Below are positions 13,180 through 26,814 of a stretch of 64,000 nt of DNA, piece after piece (the first letter of the stretch is position 1; every line of letters starts with the position of its first letter). This stretch comes from Kudoa neothunni (lineage: Eukaryota > Animalia > Cnidaria): assembly GCA_964304625.1 (NCBI GenBank), contig OZ199840.1:383912-447911 (forward strand). Reading direction: 5' to 3'. The position numbers were made by a program, and so were the translations under genes. Below the pieces are notes generated by a model. It saw only the letters and a program-made list of their open reading frames with translations, was not told where the DNA came from and searched no databases.

Positions 13180-15319
13180 TTGATGCTCTTTAATCAAAAC
13201 GTTAGGGACTGTGAAAGTGATACGAGTAACACATCAAAAAAGAAAATATATAAAGGTTATGAAAGCATGGTAAGAATCGAACAATTGGAAGATCGAAGAT
13301 TTATCCAGCGGATTGATATGAGCAAGAATAACAAAGAGAAAGTGTTCTGTAAAATGTGTAAATGTGAAGTTTACGGGGGGTATTTCACAAATCGAAAGAC
13401 ATGCAGCAATCGAAAAGCATTTAAGAAATATGAGACAATCGAAAAATATGAAAATAGATAGTTATATAGAATTAAACAGTCCTGTTTATTATGCTCGAAA
13501 AATAGCTAAAGCAGAATTGAATTTGTGTGCCTTTGTTCCGGAACACAATTCGCAGTTGTCAATCTTGGATCATTTGCCTGGTTTAGTTGCCAATGTTTGT
13601 GAAGATTCTGCTATTTGCAAAGATATTAAATGTGCTGGAACGAAAGGAAAATGTGTTTTTCGTCACGTTATTGGGAAATATTACTTAAAAAACTTAATTT
13701 CAAAATTACAAACAACCGAATTTTCATTAATAATAGATGAAACCACAGATATATCCACAATTAAACAACTAGTTTTTGTAACTCGATATTATGATGTCGA
13801 TGTTAAAAACACAATGGACAAATACTTGGTCATGTTTGAGATAACAAATTGTACTGGCAAAGGAATTTTTGAATTATTGATAAATTTTTTTTAAATTAAT
13901 ACCTCCATTCAAAATATTATCGGATTTGCCAATGACAATGCAAATGTTATGGTGGGTAACAAAAGTGCTGTCCGGAGTTTACTGAAACAGATAATTCCTT
14001 CGCTTAACGTGCAAGGTTGCGTGTGACACTCAGTAAATTTATGTGCTTCTAAAGCTTGTCATCAACTCCCAAATGAGCTGAAAGATTTAGTTAGAAGTAT
14101 TCACACATATATTTCGAATAGCCCAAAAAATTTGAGTAAATATAAGGAAATTCCAAAGATAATGGATATTTGCCCTGGAAAGATATTACGCCTTTGTAGC
14201 ACGAGATGGTTGTCACTTGAACAAGTCGTCGCCAGAATACTTGATCAATGGAATGCACTTAACATTTTTTTCACTATTGCAATATCAGAAAATGGTTTTG
14301 AATCAGCAAAATTAATAAATCATATGTATTTTGAATGCTTAAACTTTATACTCCTTGTAGTGAACAAACTTAATCTTGAATTCTAATCAGAAACCTCTCG
14401 AATACACAAGCTAAAAAATTTAATGAAGTATTACAGTAAAAGTCATTCTCAGCTTATTTATGACAAGAGAAATCATTAAAAACGTGGATATTTGTAACAT
14501 TAATTTTAATAACCCTTAAAATTATCTTCCATTAGATAGTGTTTGTCGCGGGTCCAAAGTGACTTGCACCTATACAATGAATTCTTCCATAATATATTCA
14601 CAAGAATATCTTGAATGTAAAATAAATACATTTAATTTCTATATCGCCTTAACAAATGAAACGTTTGATCGATTTCTATACAATAATCCATTTAAAGAAC
14701 TTGAATTGTTTGAGGCAATGGATTCATGTAACGTAAATTAAGGTAAGCCCGAGTCTATCATACCCCTTGCAGCAAGATTCCCCAATCTTATATCGGATGA
14801 AGACTGCACCAATATGGATATTGAATGGAGATAATTAACTTACGATGACTCAAATCCCTTTTCGATAGGTGACCCCGAAAAATTTTGGTACGATGTATCC
14901 GAAATAAAGAATTGGCGATGTTCCTAAATATCTGTTAATTTCAAAACTAATGATGAGCTTGCTTTCATTACCCCAGTTTTCTGCTTGTGCCAAAAGAATA
15001 TTTTCCCAATTCAACATAATCAAATTTAAAAATAGATCATTATTGAAGACCGAAACATTAAACAGCTTGATTTACTCGAATTGTTTATTTTGTAATACGG
15101 ATTGTACAATATGGAACCCAGCTGAAAATTTAGTAACAGCGTTCATAGAGAGGAACTTTTATGAAAATAACTGTCATGACATAATTTCATTTCAGATAGA
15201 TTAAAAAACATTTTAAATAACTATGTTTCCCCCTAATCTCTTTTTTGCGCAAATTAACTGTTGGTACGTATCTCAAAAATGTTTGTTATTTTTTTTTCGC
15301 TAATATTCTGGCAACCCTG
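13180..15319 (+). mobile_element. hAT-family transposon with decayed transposase
   Basis: N-terminal CKMC...H Zn finger, FSLIIDETTD, DNANVMVG, CVxHSVNLC, STRWLS, dimerisation motif LSLPQFSACAKRIFSQ. Right end ...TGGCAACCCTG at 15319. Several stops and three +1 frameshifts. Left TIR not found. Confidence 0.85.
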
Positions 15320-17726
15320 GTGCAAAGAGACACTATCGGGTTTTTATTGGTTATTGGAAATTTAACGAAGATTTCACATGTGCCGACGGTGTTGTATATA
15401 GGGTTTGCAGCAAAATAAAATGTTACCATAATTAGCTGCATACTTCCTCTCGGAATTCTTCTATTTTATTATGAACATCCTTGAAAGAATCGACGAAAAA
15501 AATGATGTGTAGAATGGTATTTTTAGATGCCACATTCTACTCTATTACCCGGTCCATTACTGTAAAATGTATAATCAAAAAGTTTTTGTTATTAATTTTA
15601 ATGATTAATATAAAAATTTATATTTCTATTCCAATATAAGGAAAAATTAGAATTTTATGTCAACAGATCTGTTTTACTATCCATCAAATTTTAATCACAT
15701 AAAATAGGATTATCGTTAGATAAATAAGAATAATCAAATTTAAAATGCTGTAATTATTAAAAGTAATCACACAGAATCTTTAAGTAAGTAACATATTTTA
15801 TGAAATAATTATTTGAAATCTATACGAAACCAAAATAAATGGCGAAATTTTTAATATTCAAGATTACGAGGAAATAGTTTTAGACCCAGTAATATAATAA
15901 TTAAATTTTGTTATATTAAAATTCCCGATACTTTTCCAATAATATTTAAATTCTCTATTCATTTTTTATTAGTTTTTTTAAACTATCAAGTCATAACATT
16001 AATGATTCGAAATGAGCATAGGATGGGTGAATCAATGAGGTTCAATTATTTCAAAAAATAGCCATGCAAAACAATTATTAATAGTATTAAATATAGGTGA
16101 ATACATATTAAAGTTATTTATATTCTGTTTCATCTAATTCTATCAATTTTCGTACTTTTAACAAAAATTAAATGATGGCTTCTTCATTTTATGTGACACC
16201 ATTTATACTAAAAAATTTTTACGGGTCATTCTCTTCTCCAAAGTTTTTCAGTTAATAAAAAATAAAAATTTACTATTTTATTTTAAAAAAAAGTAAAAAC
16301 TTGTGTTTATTCTATTCTTTTATCAAAGTTATTTCATAATATTGTGTGATAAATTAAAAAATTTCACATAGAAAAATAAAATGCTCCAATCTACGCTACA
16401 ACAATTTAGATATTTAAAACAAGTATATATTTAATTTTGAAAATGTAAAATTCTTACAAATATTAAAGATATTCAAATAGGTTTAATAATAATATGAATA
16501 AAAATATTGATATTAGACAAGTACAAAAACAAATTAGAGCATTATTATATCGTAGTAAAATTTGAAATAAATAAACATTTACTTCTCTATTGGTCATCGA
16601 AATTCACTTAATTATACAAGAAGTTTATCTCGGAATTGTTTAAAAAATAAAATATTGACTTAAATTTTGATAGTGTATTGAAATCAATTTAATTAAAAAT
16701 AATTTGAATAATTTAATATAAAATAATTAAAGGATGCATAATAAAATCTATCAACTTATATTTTTCGTTACGTATGAAAATTTTTAGAGAATCCCAATAA
16801 GTCAAAAAATATTGAATTTTATGTTAATATTAAAAATAAAGAAAATCATGATTAATCGTAGTAAATTTATATATGATGAATAGTTTTCTCGTTTTATACA
16901 AAATTATCTTTGAAAAATACACTCACTTGATGTTAGACCATTATTTCCATGAAAATTTATTTTTATAAACACCCCAGTGGCGCTTCTAAATTTAAAAATA
17001 AATTTTTTAAATATATAAAAAATGTCTTTCTATCATTAGTAGATTATATATTAAATATTATCATAGTCAGACAATTTAATGTATATTAATAGAATAAAAA
17101 TTTTAAAAACTGTTCATTACAAAGTGACTAGTAAGGAGATAAAAACTTATTTATCTTCAGGTGTATGCCAAAAGTCCGCGAAATTGCTCACAAATGATTT
17201 TGAGAGCTTTTTTTTACCAACGAATGTTTGAGCTGAATTTATAACTCACTGTATCTGAAAAATATCTATATTAAAAATTTTTACACTCCATTCCCACAGA
17301 ATATTTAACTAAAAAATTATTTTTAATTCCGTGTACTTGTTATTGCGGAAATATGATATTTAAATAAAAATAGAGTCGAATTTAATCAATTTGAAAAATA
17401 TTTTAACATAAAATATCCCATACTCATCATCAATATTAAAAATATTACTATAATTAGTTAGGCAAATTATGTTAACGATCTTATTGCAATATTTTTATAA
17501 TTAATGAATATTTTTTGTATTTGCAAAATTATGAGAAAATATCTAATAATTCTCTTTAAACTCAAAGAGGAACAAAATGCAAACAATTTAGCTATATGAA
17601 AAAAGTCAGAGGTATTAACTGTATTTAATTCATACGAATAAGTTTATAAACACCTGAACTTTATAAGGATTAAGTTGCCAACGAGAAAAATAATTTAATC
17701 GACAACAAAAAAAATACAATGAAAAC

Positions 17727-20700
17727 TCAACACGATCTATTAACTATAGAACATTCGAAAAATTCGATTCCATAACCGAAAACTCCGAGAATAACTTTTT
17801 GATTTTGTTTAGAATTAAAACCATTTACAGGCTCTTCCACGGATTTAATTTGGATAGTGGAGGCTGGGGATTCAATGGATGGTTCAATTTGTTGTCCGCC
17901 AAGACAAACAATTTTTCCAGGGTCATTTACTTGTAGAGGGATTGAGGAACACAAAGTCAAATTCTAAATCAAATTTATATTTCCATCACAAACAATAACT
18001 TCACATTATATATAGCAAAGTTTTTTTACTTTTAAGATGAAATCCCAATGCCATAACTTTAGGCATTTGTCCTGACCAATAGATACAATATATTTTTCAG
18101 AAAGACTTAAAACATCAGTGACAGCCCCTAAGTGTGACTCTTTGGAGTAGAAATAGGAAAAATCTATCAAATAATATCTCGACGAAGTTAAGTATTGGAC
18201 TTTGATAACATGCAATTGCAACACAACCACAGTTCCATCAAGCAAACCAAGTGCCACATTGATACAACTTGCAACGTAAGAGTATTTGTCGATAACATGC
18301 ATAGAACTTAGTTCGATTTGTTCTTCCGAGTCACCAAATAAAATATCATTTTTTTTATTTTCACCAAAAGAATCACCCAACGAGTTGATATTTCCATTGG
18401 ATGTAACCTCATTATTAGCCGATTCTCTTCGTGGAATGTTAAATAATTTTTTTAATTCGTTTGAATGAGGTGTTATTTCACAAAACAATTCAGAGATACA
18501 ATATTTTCTATCATAGAGTTGATTAAGGGGAAGATTGAACGAAGAAATCAGACTCATAGATGTAGCATTAATGGTAAGCATATCTACAAGGAAGGGCTTT
18601 CCAGGATTTGTGGGATACTTAGGGAAGGTATTGGTTTTTAATACTTTCAGCGTCGTGCTCGGAGAAACAATCAAACACCAAAAACAATCCGCCCATAGTA
18701 GAGCAGAAGAGCAAACAATCGGAGCCAGCATTAAAGTTTATCATACTTAAGACACAATTTTGCGTAAAGTTGGTGTAATAGTTCAATTGAAATAAACTCC
18801 CAAAAATTTTATAATTGTAGCCATCACTTGAGTATATTCTAGATTAATAAGATTATCAAACGTAAAATTAGATAGGCTACTAAGAGCCAGTACAAACCTG
18901 ATAAATCCATTAGAAAACGAAACAATTGAATACAGACGTTCCTTCTTATGGTCATAACTGCAGATCACATTTGTGATCCGATGATGTGATTCAACATCAT
19001 CAAAAATCATCTTTTTTGTAGAATCATCGTCAATATCTTTGGTGGTAGGTTTGAAGAAAATCTCGTCCAATTCATCAAAATTGGTTTTCTTTCCACTCGA
19101 TTTGTCGTAATAATCGGAATGTCTCATTTTTTTAATTTGTTTAGCATAATTTTGTGAAACAACATTGTTGTTATGATTATTTTTCGAAGGTAAATACACC
19201 TGATAATACACGTATTTGTATGTGGACGAGGTGTTAAAATCATTGGTGGAACTCTCATGTTCATCATCCACACTCTGGCTTTCATTTGGTTTCTTTTTTA
19301 CTACATCTCTCAAACGTTTCCTCAGATAAATATAATTTTTTTGAATATCATTTTTATTAGCTTCTATGAGTTTGTATCCATTTGTTTTAAATTGCTCTTC
19401 TGTTGGTTGATAATTATGTTTTTCAAAGAAATTACACAAAGAGCAATTCGCACTAGCCAAACACGAAGTTTTATTATTGGATTCCAACATGCCATTTTTA
19501 CGCATAGGAAAATTTAGGGTTTATTCGAGACATCAAATAACAGGTGATATTGGTGATAGGTTTCGGTTGGCCATTTTCACACATTGGAATTTGGATGTGG
19601 TAGGTGAGCAAAGATTTCTTACCACCAGCAACAGTCAATAAAAACCTCAATACATCCTCCTCCACCGACACATTGAAAACAGTTATATCAAGTATAACTG
19701 AGTCCAACTTTTTTATCGTCCAAATACACTTGGTACTATTGTCTGAGGAGTTGTATACAAAAATGTACACATTTGCACTTTCACCTCCATACACATAATA
19801 ATAGAAAGGAGGGATAGAATGGATGTGAGCAGCAGCTCGGATTTCTTTAGTGAATTTTCTGAGTTCAATGTCAAAAAAAAAAGATTTGGTTGTACGAGTT
19901 GAAAGTGTAGCAAAGCTAATTTGATTGTTTCTAATAAAGGTAAAATACATTCTTTGGTTCTGAGAATCAATATTCCAACAACGATACACTCCTCCGCAGT
20001 CAATCTTTAGCAGGAGATTATTGGTGAAAGCATCCACAACCACAAAGTATTTTTGCTCGAAAAATCCGCACACCAAATAATTTCCGTTCTCACTGACTGT
20101 GATTCTTTCAACTGATGAGAAGTTGGAAGGAAATGACATTTGTTGTTTGAGTTTGAAACTTTTTATCGGAGGTAAAAATTCGTAAATGGTAGTTGATGAT
20201 TTGGCGCCCGACGTGAATAGATAGGGGCGATTTTGATGATCATGAAAAATAGACACAGCCTTCAAATTCCTCTTGCCATAAGGACTATTAATTTTTTGGA
20301 TGTATTTAAACTCATCCATCGAGTGACTGTTATAATGGAACACATTGATAGATCCAGATCTATAACCTACCACCAAATACCGATCGGCTTCACCAAAATT
20401 AAACATGTCGATTTGGCGAGGATAATTACTCCCCAATTCAATCTGGACATCTTTCACAATTGAAAACTCCGACGACGAATCAACCATCGATTCCCACGAT
20501 TATCAATTGCAATTTGCAATACATACAAAAACACACCAAGTATTGCCGTGTTTGACTGTCAATGGAAGAAATAGTGGCCGATTTTAATGAAGTAACTTTT
20601 TTTCCAACGTTATAAGAAATAACTTGAACCACAATTTTTTTATCATTCACAGAACAGAGACGAACGTTACCAAGAGCATCAACAATTGTAAGCAAACCAT

Positions 20701-22296
20701 TTGTCCAACTCATCAAAATACCGCTAGTTGAAAGATCTCCCAAGTTTCTCATAGATACGACTATAACACCATCATAATGAATAAGCTGGCAACATGAGTT
20801 AGAGTTGTCGTCGGAATCGATTTCTGAAATGGCGTAAAAATTTCTTCCACCAAGATGAATCACATGCAAAACTTTAGGCAAAATGAGAGTTAACTTGATG
20901 TGATTTCTTTGTAAAAGATTGTATCGTAAACCATGTATGGACCCGGAATTGGTAGAGATATAAAAGCATTGTTTCCTACTGTTATAACACAGCGACGTGA
21001 TGTGTTTGCATTGGGGGATTTTATGCGATCTAAGCATCTGCCCGTTGTTATCCCAGAATGTTAACATGCCATTTTCACTTCCAGTCACCACAACCACACT
21101 ATCTGTATTGTGATCATAATGAGGAACAATCGCTACTGAAAACAATCTTGATAATGTAAAATAGATTTTTTTATTTGTAAGCTGTTGTTCACATTGTTTC
21201 CATATTATAACTGAACGATCCTCTCCAACACTTGCATAATAATGAAATTGCTGCGGGCTTGCTTCAACTGCATGCCACACCAACCCGAACACTCGCCCTT
21301 CATGTCTAGCAGTTTCAGGGTTGACAATAGACTGGTCGAATCTTTCTGTTGTTCGTGTTATACCCTCAATATCAAAGAATCGTACGCTACCATCGTTGGT
21401 CCCAATTACTAACGATAACGATTGAGGCGAATCTATACTTTTTCTGCAGAAACAAACGGATGTTAACGTAGTATCAAAAGTGTCGATGATAATATTCTTG
21501 TTTTTATTATATATACTACTCCAACAAATCACGCAACCATCCACAGTAACATAAATAAAGCTGTAATTATAGTCGGGTTTGTTTTCTAAGATTTTTTTTG
21601 ATTCAGCGTTATATTCGAGAGGTTTATTATTTTTGACTGTTTTATCTGCTATACAATCCATATGACTGAATTCATCACCAGGAAAAGATAACGGCTCTTC
21701 ATAATAGCCGTATTTGTTCTTGGAATTATAATAATTAATCATATTCAATTTTTTTTCTTTTTCAATATTGTTTTCCGTTGATACTGCAGATATATAAAAA
21801 GAGGTAGACTCAACTTCGTTCGATGGTAACTTTTCATACAACTCAATATCTAAGATTGAAGCGTGGCTTCGAATTTTAGCCAAAATTGACACTAAACTTT
21901 CTGATTCACAAGAACCAAGTTTAACGGCCACTCTGCATAAATGGTCATTGGCTACAAGAACCAAATGTAGAGTAGAATCGAATCGATCGATAGCTAAAAT
22001 AATTTTAAACCGAGAAACCCCAATAAATCGAGTATACCCCTTATTTTAGAAATTGTGTTAGAATTAAAAATTTGCTTCCTTTCAAGACATTCGATTTGTT
22101 GTTCATCTTTTTCGTGATAAATGGACAATAATGAACCATTACCTAAAATAATCGATGTAGTATACGTAGTGACTATGATGTAGCTGAAAATATACCCACA
22201 AAAATATAATCCTCGTATATTTCTAACGCACTAATAGGTTAACGACAAATTTGTTCTTTCAAACGAATAAGCTTTTAATGATAATATGTCATTCAT
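17727..22296 (-). CDS. WDR6: WD repeat protein 6 / Trm734-like (partner of tRNA 2'-O-methyltransferase FTSJ1/Trm7); multi-exon, four +1 frame breaks
   Basis: N-terminus L-PISALEIYEDYIFVGNGS (cf. WDR6 LPVTGLECVGDRLLAGEG). Also DTTLTSVCF, HEGRVFGL, ASVGEDRSVIIW, GSENG, IDCGGVYRCW, VAGGKKSL, SNGFIRIY, CVLS, HLGAVT, SIGQDKCLKLW, GYGIEFF. Short introns near 22195-22143, 22017-21994+, 18898-18840, 18030-17965. +1 breaks near 22240, 20483, 19500, 18620. Confidence 0.85.
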
Positions 22297-22678
22297 ATTA
22301 CTAAGTTGAAATTCTAATAACTAGAGTATTCTACCGACTTTTATACCTCATGCGCTAACTAGGTGCGCGGTAAAATTTACATTCTTTTATATTAAGACGA
22401 CACATAATTAGAATTTATTTTTTTATAATTTTAAAAAATATTAATTTATATAAATTTTTCTAAGAAAACGTTTTATTAAATGGATGATATTATAATGATA
22501 AAATTTCTAGATCTATGCCTACACTGTAAAATAAAGTAATCAATAAATAGAATAATTAATATAGCATTAAATTATATAAGTTTTCCAATAATTAATAAAA
22601 AAATTATTCTGTAAAATATTTTATTTCAGTAATAATAGTGGCATAAGAATGTTTCATATGCTCGATATTGGCCAATAG

Positions 22679-24094
22679 TTAGGGTTCTCCCGCTATACCA
22701 GTTGGTTCCCCATTTGTTTGTTCTTCAGTTTGGGGAATAGCATCATTATCTTGTGTGTCAGATGGAGGAGATTGATTCAGATTCATCGTTACTTGTAGAA
22801 GTTGTAGTAGTCTCAATTGTAGTTGCTGGGGTAGTTGTTGATTCGGGTAAAGTTACTTCATTCAATCCTTTAATGCAAATGTAACTGCAAAGGGCTTCGC
22901 TTTCAAAGTTGTTCGCATTTCCACCAATTCCAGTTTATGAAAATCTTTTACACACTTATTGTGTATCATCATAATACCATCTTGGCAATGTGCTCACTTC
23001 ATTTCCATTACCAGGTTTATTTGGTTCGCTGCATACAGTGGGGACATTGGGAAGGTTATCAACTGTTTCATTGTCGTTACCTTTAAACATTAAATTATAC
23101 AATTATAAATAATAAAAGAAACATTCTAGCAGGGCAGGCATTAATACATTCTCCAACTCTATCGAAATAATATTTGGTTGTTATATGCCCCTCGGTTGTT
23201 GGTTGGTATGGGTTAGGTTTTCATCTCTTGACTGCTGTTTCATCAACTAAATTTACATATTTAAATTATATATTTTTATTGTTAGAATTACCATGACAGT
23301 TCTTTTGGTATTAAGAAAATGAATCTAAGACTCCACGTAGCCCTGTTTTTTTGTCAATGATCGTATGGACACAGGTGGATTTTTCACTGCCACGTACGAT
23401 TTTTATTTCTGTGTCAGTAGTCGTATTTGAAGTTAAGAATGCACCCACTTCGCAGTCCACTTTGTTGGGTAGATTGTGAGGTTCGTTGGTAGCTTTTGTT
23501 AATTAAAAACAGCACCAATGAATAATAGATTACTTTTTCACATGTCCCTTACAATCTATTCGCTTAAAAATGAATATCAGTTTATTACATCCCTTATAAC
23601 TATTTTTTTGTTGCATTCTCCTGCCTCGATAGTAGAGCCTTTTTTGAAATAATATTTATCGATTGGGGTTTTCCTACAGACATTGAATGAACTGCCCCCA
23701 TTGTCAGCAAGAACACTTGTAGAGGTGCTCTCAGCTGTGCAAACACCAACTCGACTAGCGTAGTCATATTCAACTACATCATTATAGATGTAGATTAAAA
23801 AGTGTAAGAATAAATTATTTGTTGCATTCTTCTAGCGACGCGAAATTATTGAAGTTAATCCCACCAGCTCCTCTATATTCAAATTTTCTGCATGTAACTG
23901 TCGATTTATCTAGATATATCTTAAAGAATAATATTTTAATAGAATTCTATGGTTCTTTTAAGGAGAAAACTCATATTTTGGATCTACTAAAATTAATACA
24001 ATTGAAGTTTTTAGAAATTTGAATGACTAGTAAGATGAGAAAGAGGTATGAAGCTTGAAATAATATAGATGAAGGCTGTTAAGTAAAACTTCAT
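22679..24094 (-). pseudogene. Five-Kunitz-domain secreted protein, pseudogene copy
   Basis: Same exon layout as 26815-28356. In-frame stops (FS*YQKNCH; RFS*TGIGG), disrupted domain 2, internal deletion in domain 4, broken tail. Confidence 0.85.
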
Positions 24095-24660
24095 ATTCAG
24101 ATTAACTTAATTCCTTAATATAAAAGATGCATTACAGTTTTATTAGGTAATTCGTGAATAAATTTCTTCAATATTTGGTTCTTAATCGGGTTTGCACTAT
24201 TATTTTAAATGAATCGTGAATATCTCTCGTTGTTAAAAACAATAAGGTTGAAAATTTTCCAGTAATAGCTCAAATATAAGAAAGTCTTCACGATACATCG
24301 AAATAATTTTATTTATTATCTCAAATTTAAAACCATACCTATTATCCATTAAATTTAACGTTTTGAGGTCGATAATTCTGAATTAATATATAAAATAAAA
24401 TTATGTGAACTACTCAAATAGTATGGATCTCTTCGCATTTATGGAAATTCATTTTAATACAATGGTTGATTATATTTATTATGTTATGTTGTCCAAAAAA
24501 CTGTGGGTAGTTGATTAAAAAAATTTTTGAGCTAATATTTTTAAGTTTAAGTTTGGTTCAGTAGACTAAACAATGGGGATTGGTGGTAAAGGAAATGTGC
24601 AATCGAAAAATCAAATTTATTATAACAATAACACATATAGTAATCAATAAAACAATAATT

Positions 24661-25086
24661 TTACGTATTATGATACTCATAAAAACTATTTCTATCTTTT
24701 GCAAGGTAGCAACGAGTATCATTTTTCGAGGAAATTATTTGAGTGTTCATTCTACAATTTCTGCGTCTACATGACGTAGATACCACTTCTGGAAAATAAC
24801 CTACATTATCATATCTAATATTATCGGATAAGAGAGTATTTCTTTTATGTTTTGATATGGTAGACCCCATTTTGTTTTGTGAATTAGAATCATTAACCAG
24901 GCGACCATGTTTTCGAGTTTGTATTAACGTTTGGTTTTTATATAACAATGGTTTACAGGCTGAATATGTGAACGAAAAAAAATCGAAAACCTTATTCTTG
25001 TTAACATTATTCATGGCATTTTGTCTCCGATACAATAGCCACGTGTTAGAGATCGCAATGTTGATACCCCCTATGAATATCTTCAT
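24661..25086 (-). mobile_element. piggyBac transposase C-terminal fragment
   Basis: IAISNTWLLYRR, RYDNVGYFP and a degenerate Cys-rich tail typical of PGBD transposases. Confidence 0.7.
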
Positions 25087-25149
25087 GTAAAATGTTTTAC
25101 CTTAGTGATTTAATCTAGGCACTGACTATTCTTACGAGACTATGTAATC

Positions 25150-25845
25150 CAGTGTTTTCCAACCTTCTTTCTATCGTGCACCACATTTTTCCAAAGTATT
25201 GATTTTTTATCTTAAAGTGTTTATAATTTTGAATCAAGCTTCAATTCGCATTAAAATTAGAAAGTGATTAATGTATATTTCTTTTTCATTAAAATTAAAA
25301 TGCATTCGATCAGATCTAATTTAATGTATAGATAGATAGACTTTAAAAATTATCATTTTTATTTCTTCTTTCAACCAAAAACCGTGATAAGTAAAACTTG
25401 TGGTAATTTAACCCGCCCTCAGGAAAATCTTTTATGTATTCGAGGCTTATAAACCGAAATTAAATTATTTAATATAGAAAATTAATAAATATTTTCTTTA
25501 GATAAATCAAAAAGAGAGGTAATCGCGGTTATAAATGTGACAACGTTGGAATTATAACTATTCCGATTCTATTGAGCAAGAACCATATTAAACGTTTATG
25601 TACTTTTTATATAAATTGATCAATGCTTTTGTATCGTTTTGGAATATTCACATTCTCTCTAAAACAAACAAGATAAAAAATCGAAGTATTGTTTTCAATG
25701 TGCTCCACATTGCCCAATTATCTCATCATTATCTGTGCCACATAAATGCACAGTATTTTCCAAGTCCTACAAGAGCCGTTCATTAAATGCTCTAAGATTT
25801 CCATGCCCCACCAAAAATTTTCCCCGCCCAAGTTTGGAAACATTG
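25150..25845. mobile_element. hAT-like non-autonomous element
   Basis: Termini CAGTGTTTTCCAAC / reverse complement CAATGTTTCCAAAC; no clear TSD. Confidence 0.45.
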
Positions 25846-26814
25846 GGTTAAAAAATAATTTTAATATAATCCTACATAAATCTGGATTTGACAGATAATT
25901 ACTAAGTTAATTAAAAAAACTAAAACCAATATATACAAAAAAAATAAGTGTATTAATACTTATTCATTAATTTTAATAAAGATTGCTTACTTATTAAGAT
26001 TTTACTACGTTTACAAGGTCAAATATATAACATGTGTATATATGACTAAAAGTTTACAAATCAATTAATCTTGATAGGTTTTTTTTAATATATAAATGTT
26101 CTATAAAATATGCTTGTTATTTTTAGAGATACTAATTGCCAGTAAAATCGTCAATTTCGTCAGAGGATTATCAGGTGTCTGTAAAATAGCCATCGTCTAA
26201 ATTAATTACTGGAGTTCAATTTAGCTTGTTATTGAGACATAAAACAAATACATTTTTAAAATTCCAAGTATATTAATGGATAAAATAAAAATCCAATCGT
26301 AAGATTCCTACTCGGCATCATTCAACTTTTTTATCACATGATTTTTGTAATAAATTATAAGACATATTGTAAAAAATTACAGATTGGTATCAATATTCTT
26401 TGGATTAAAGCTTCCTCGCATACGTATACTAGCCGGTAAATTATCTGGATATTATTTATTATATGTCTATTAAATATTTTGGATTGTTAATAAAAAAAAT
26501 TATTGGAGTTTTTTATTAGATTAATTAAATAATCCAATTTATGTGCTAAGCATTATTTGACCGAAGTAATATGGAGTTATTATATGCAATGGCAAGAGCT
26601 ACGTTTATAATCTATTGAAAATTTTACTTTAATATTTGATACCTGATTTAGCATATGAATTTTGATATTATGTTACGCTAATATATAGGAGTTATAAGAA
26701 TGTATAAACTATATGGTGTGTAAAAATAACATTAGTTTATAAATTGATAGAGTTAATAATTTTGTAACAGGTTTAATATTAATAATTGCATAAGATGGTT
26801 TCATGTGGTCGGTA

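Noticed and set aside
17148-17330. Possible small minus-strand exons (VINSAQTFVGKKKLSKSFVSNFADFWHTPEDK*)
   Set aside because: No consistent start, splice path or recognisable homology could be built.
1028-22296. A deterministic shifty-codon rule (AAA-C, AGC-T, CCC-T, GGT-T, TTY-GG, or skipping T at stops)
   Set aside because: Each context fits several sites but also occurs unshifted in frame (WDR6 AAA CTT, AGC TTT, CCC TTC, GGT TGC; FN3 TTC GGT). Cys and FN3 motifs place several shifts well upstream of the stop.
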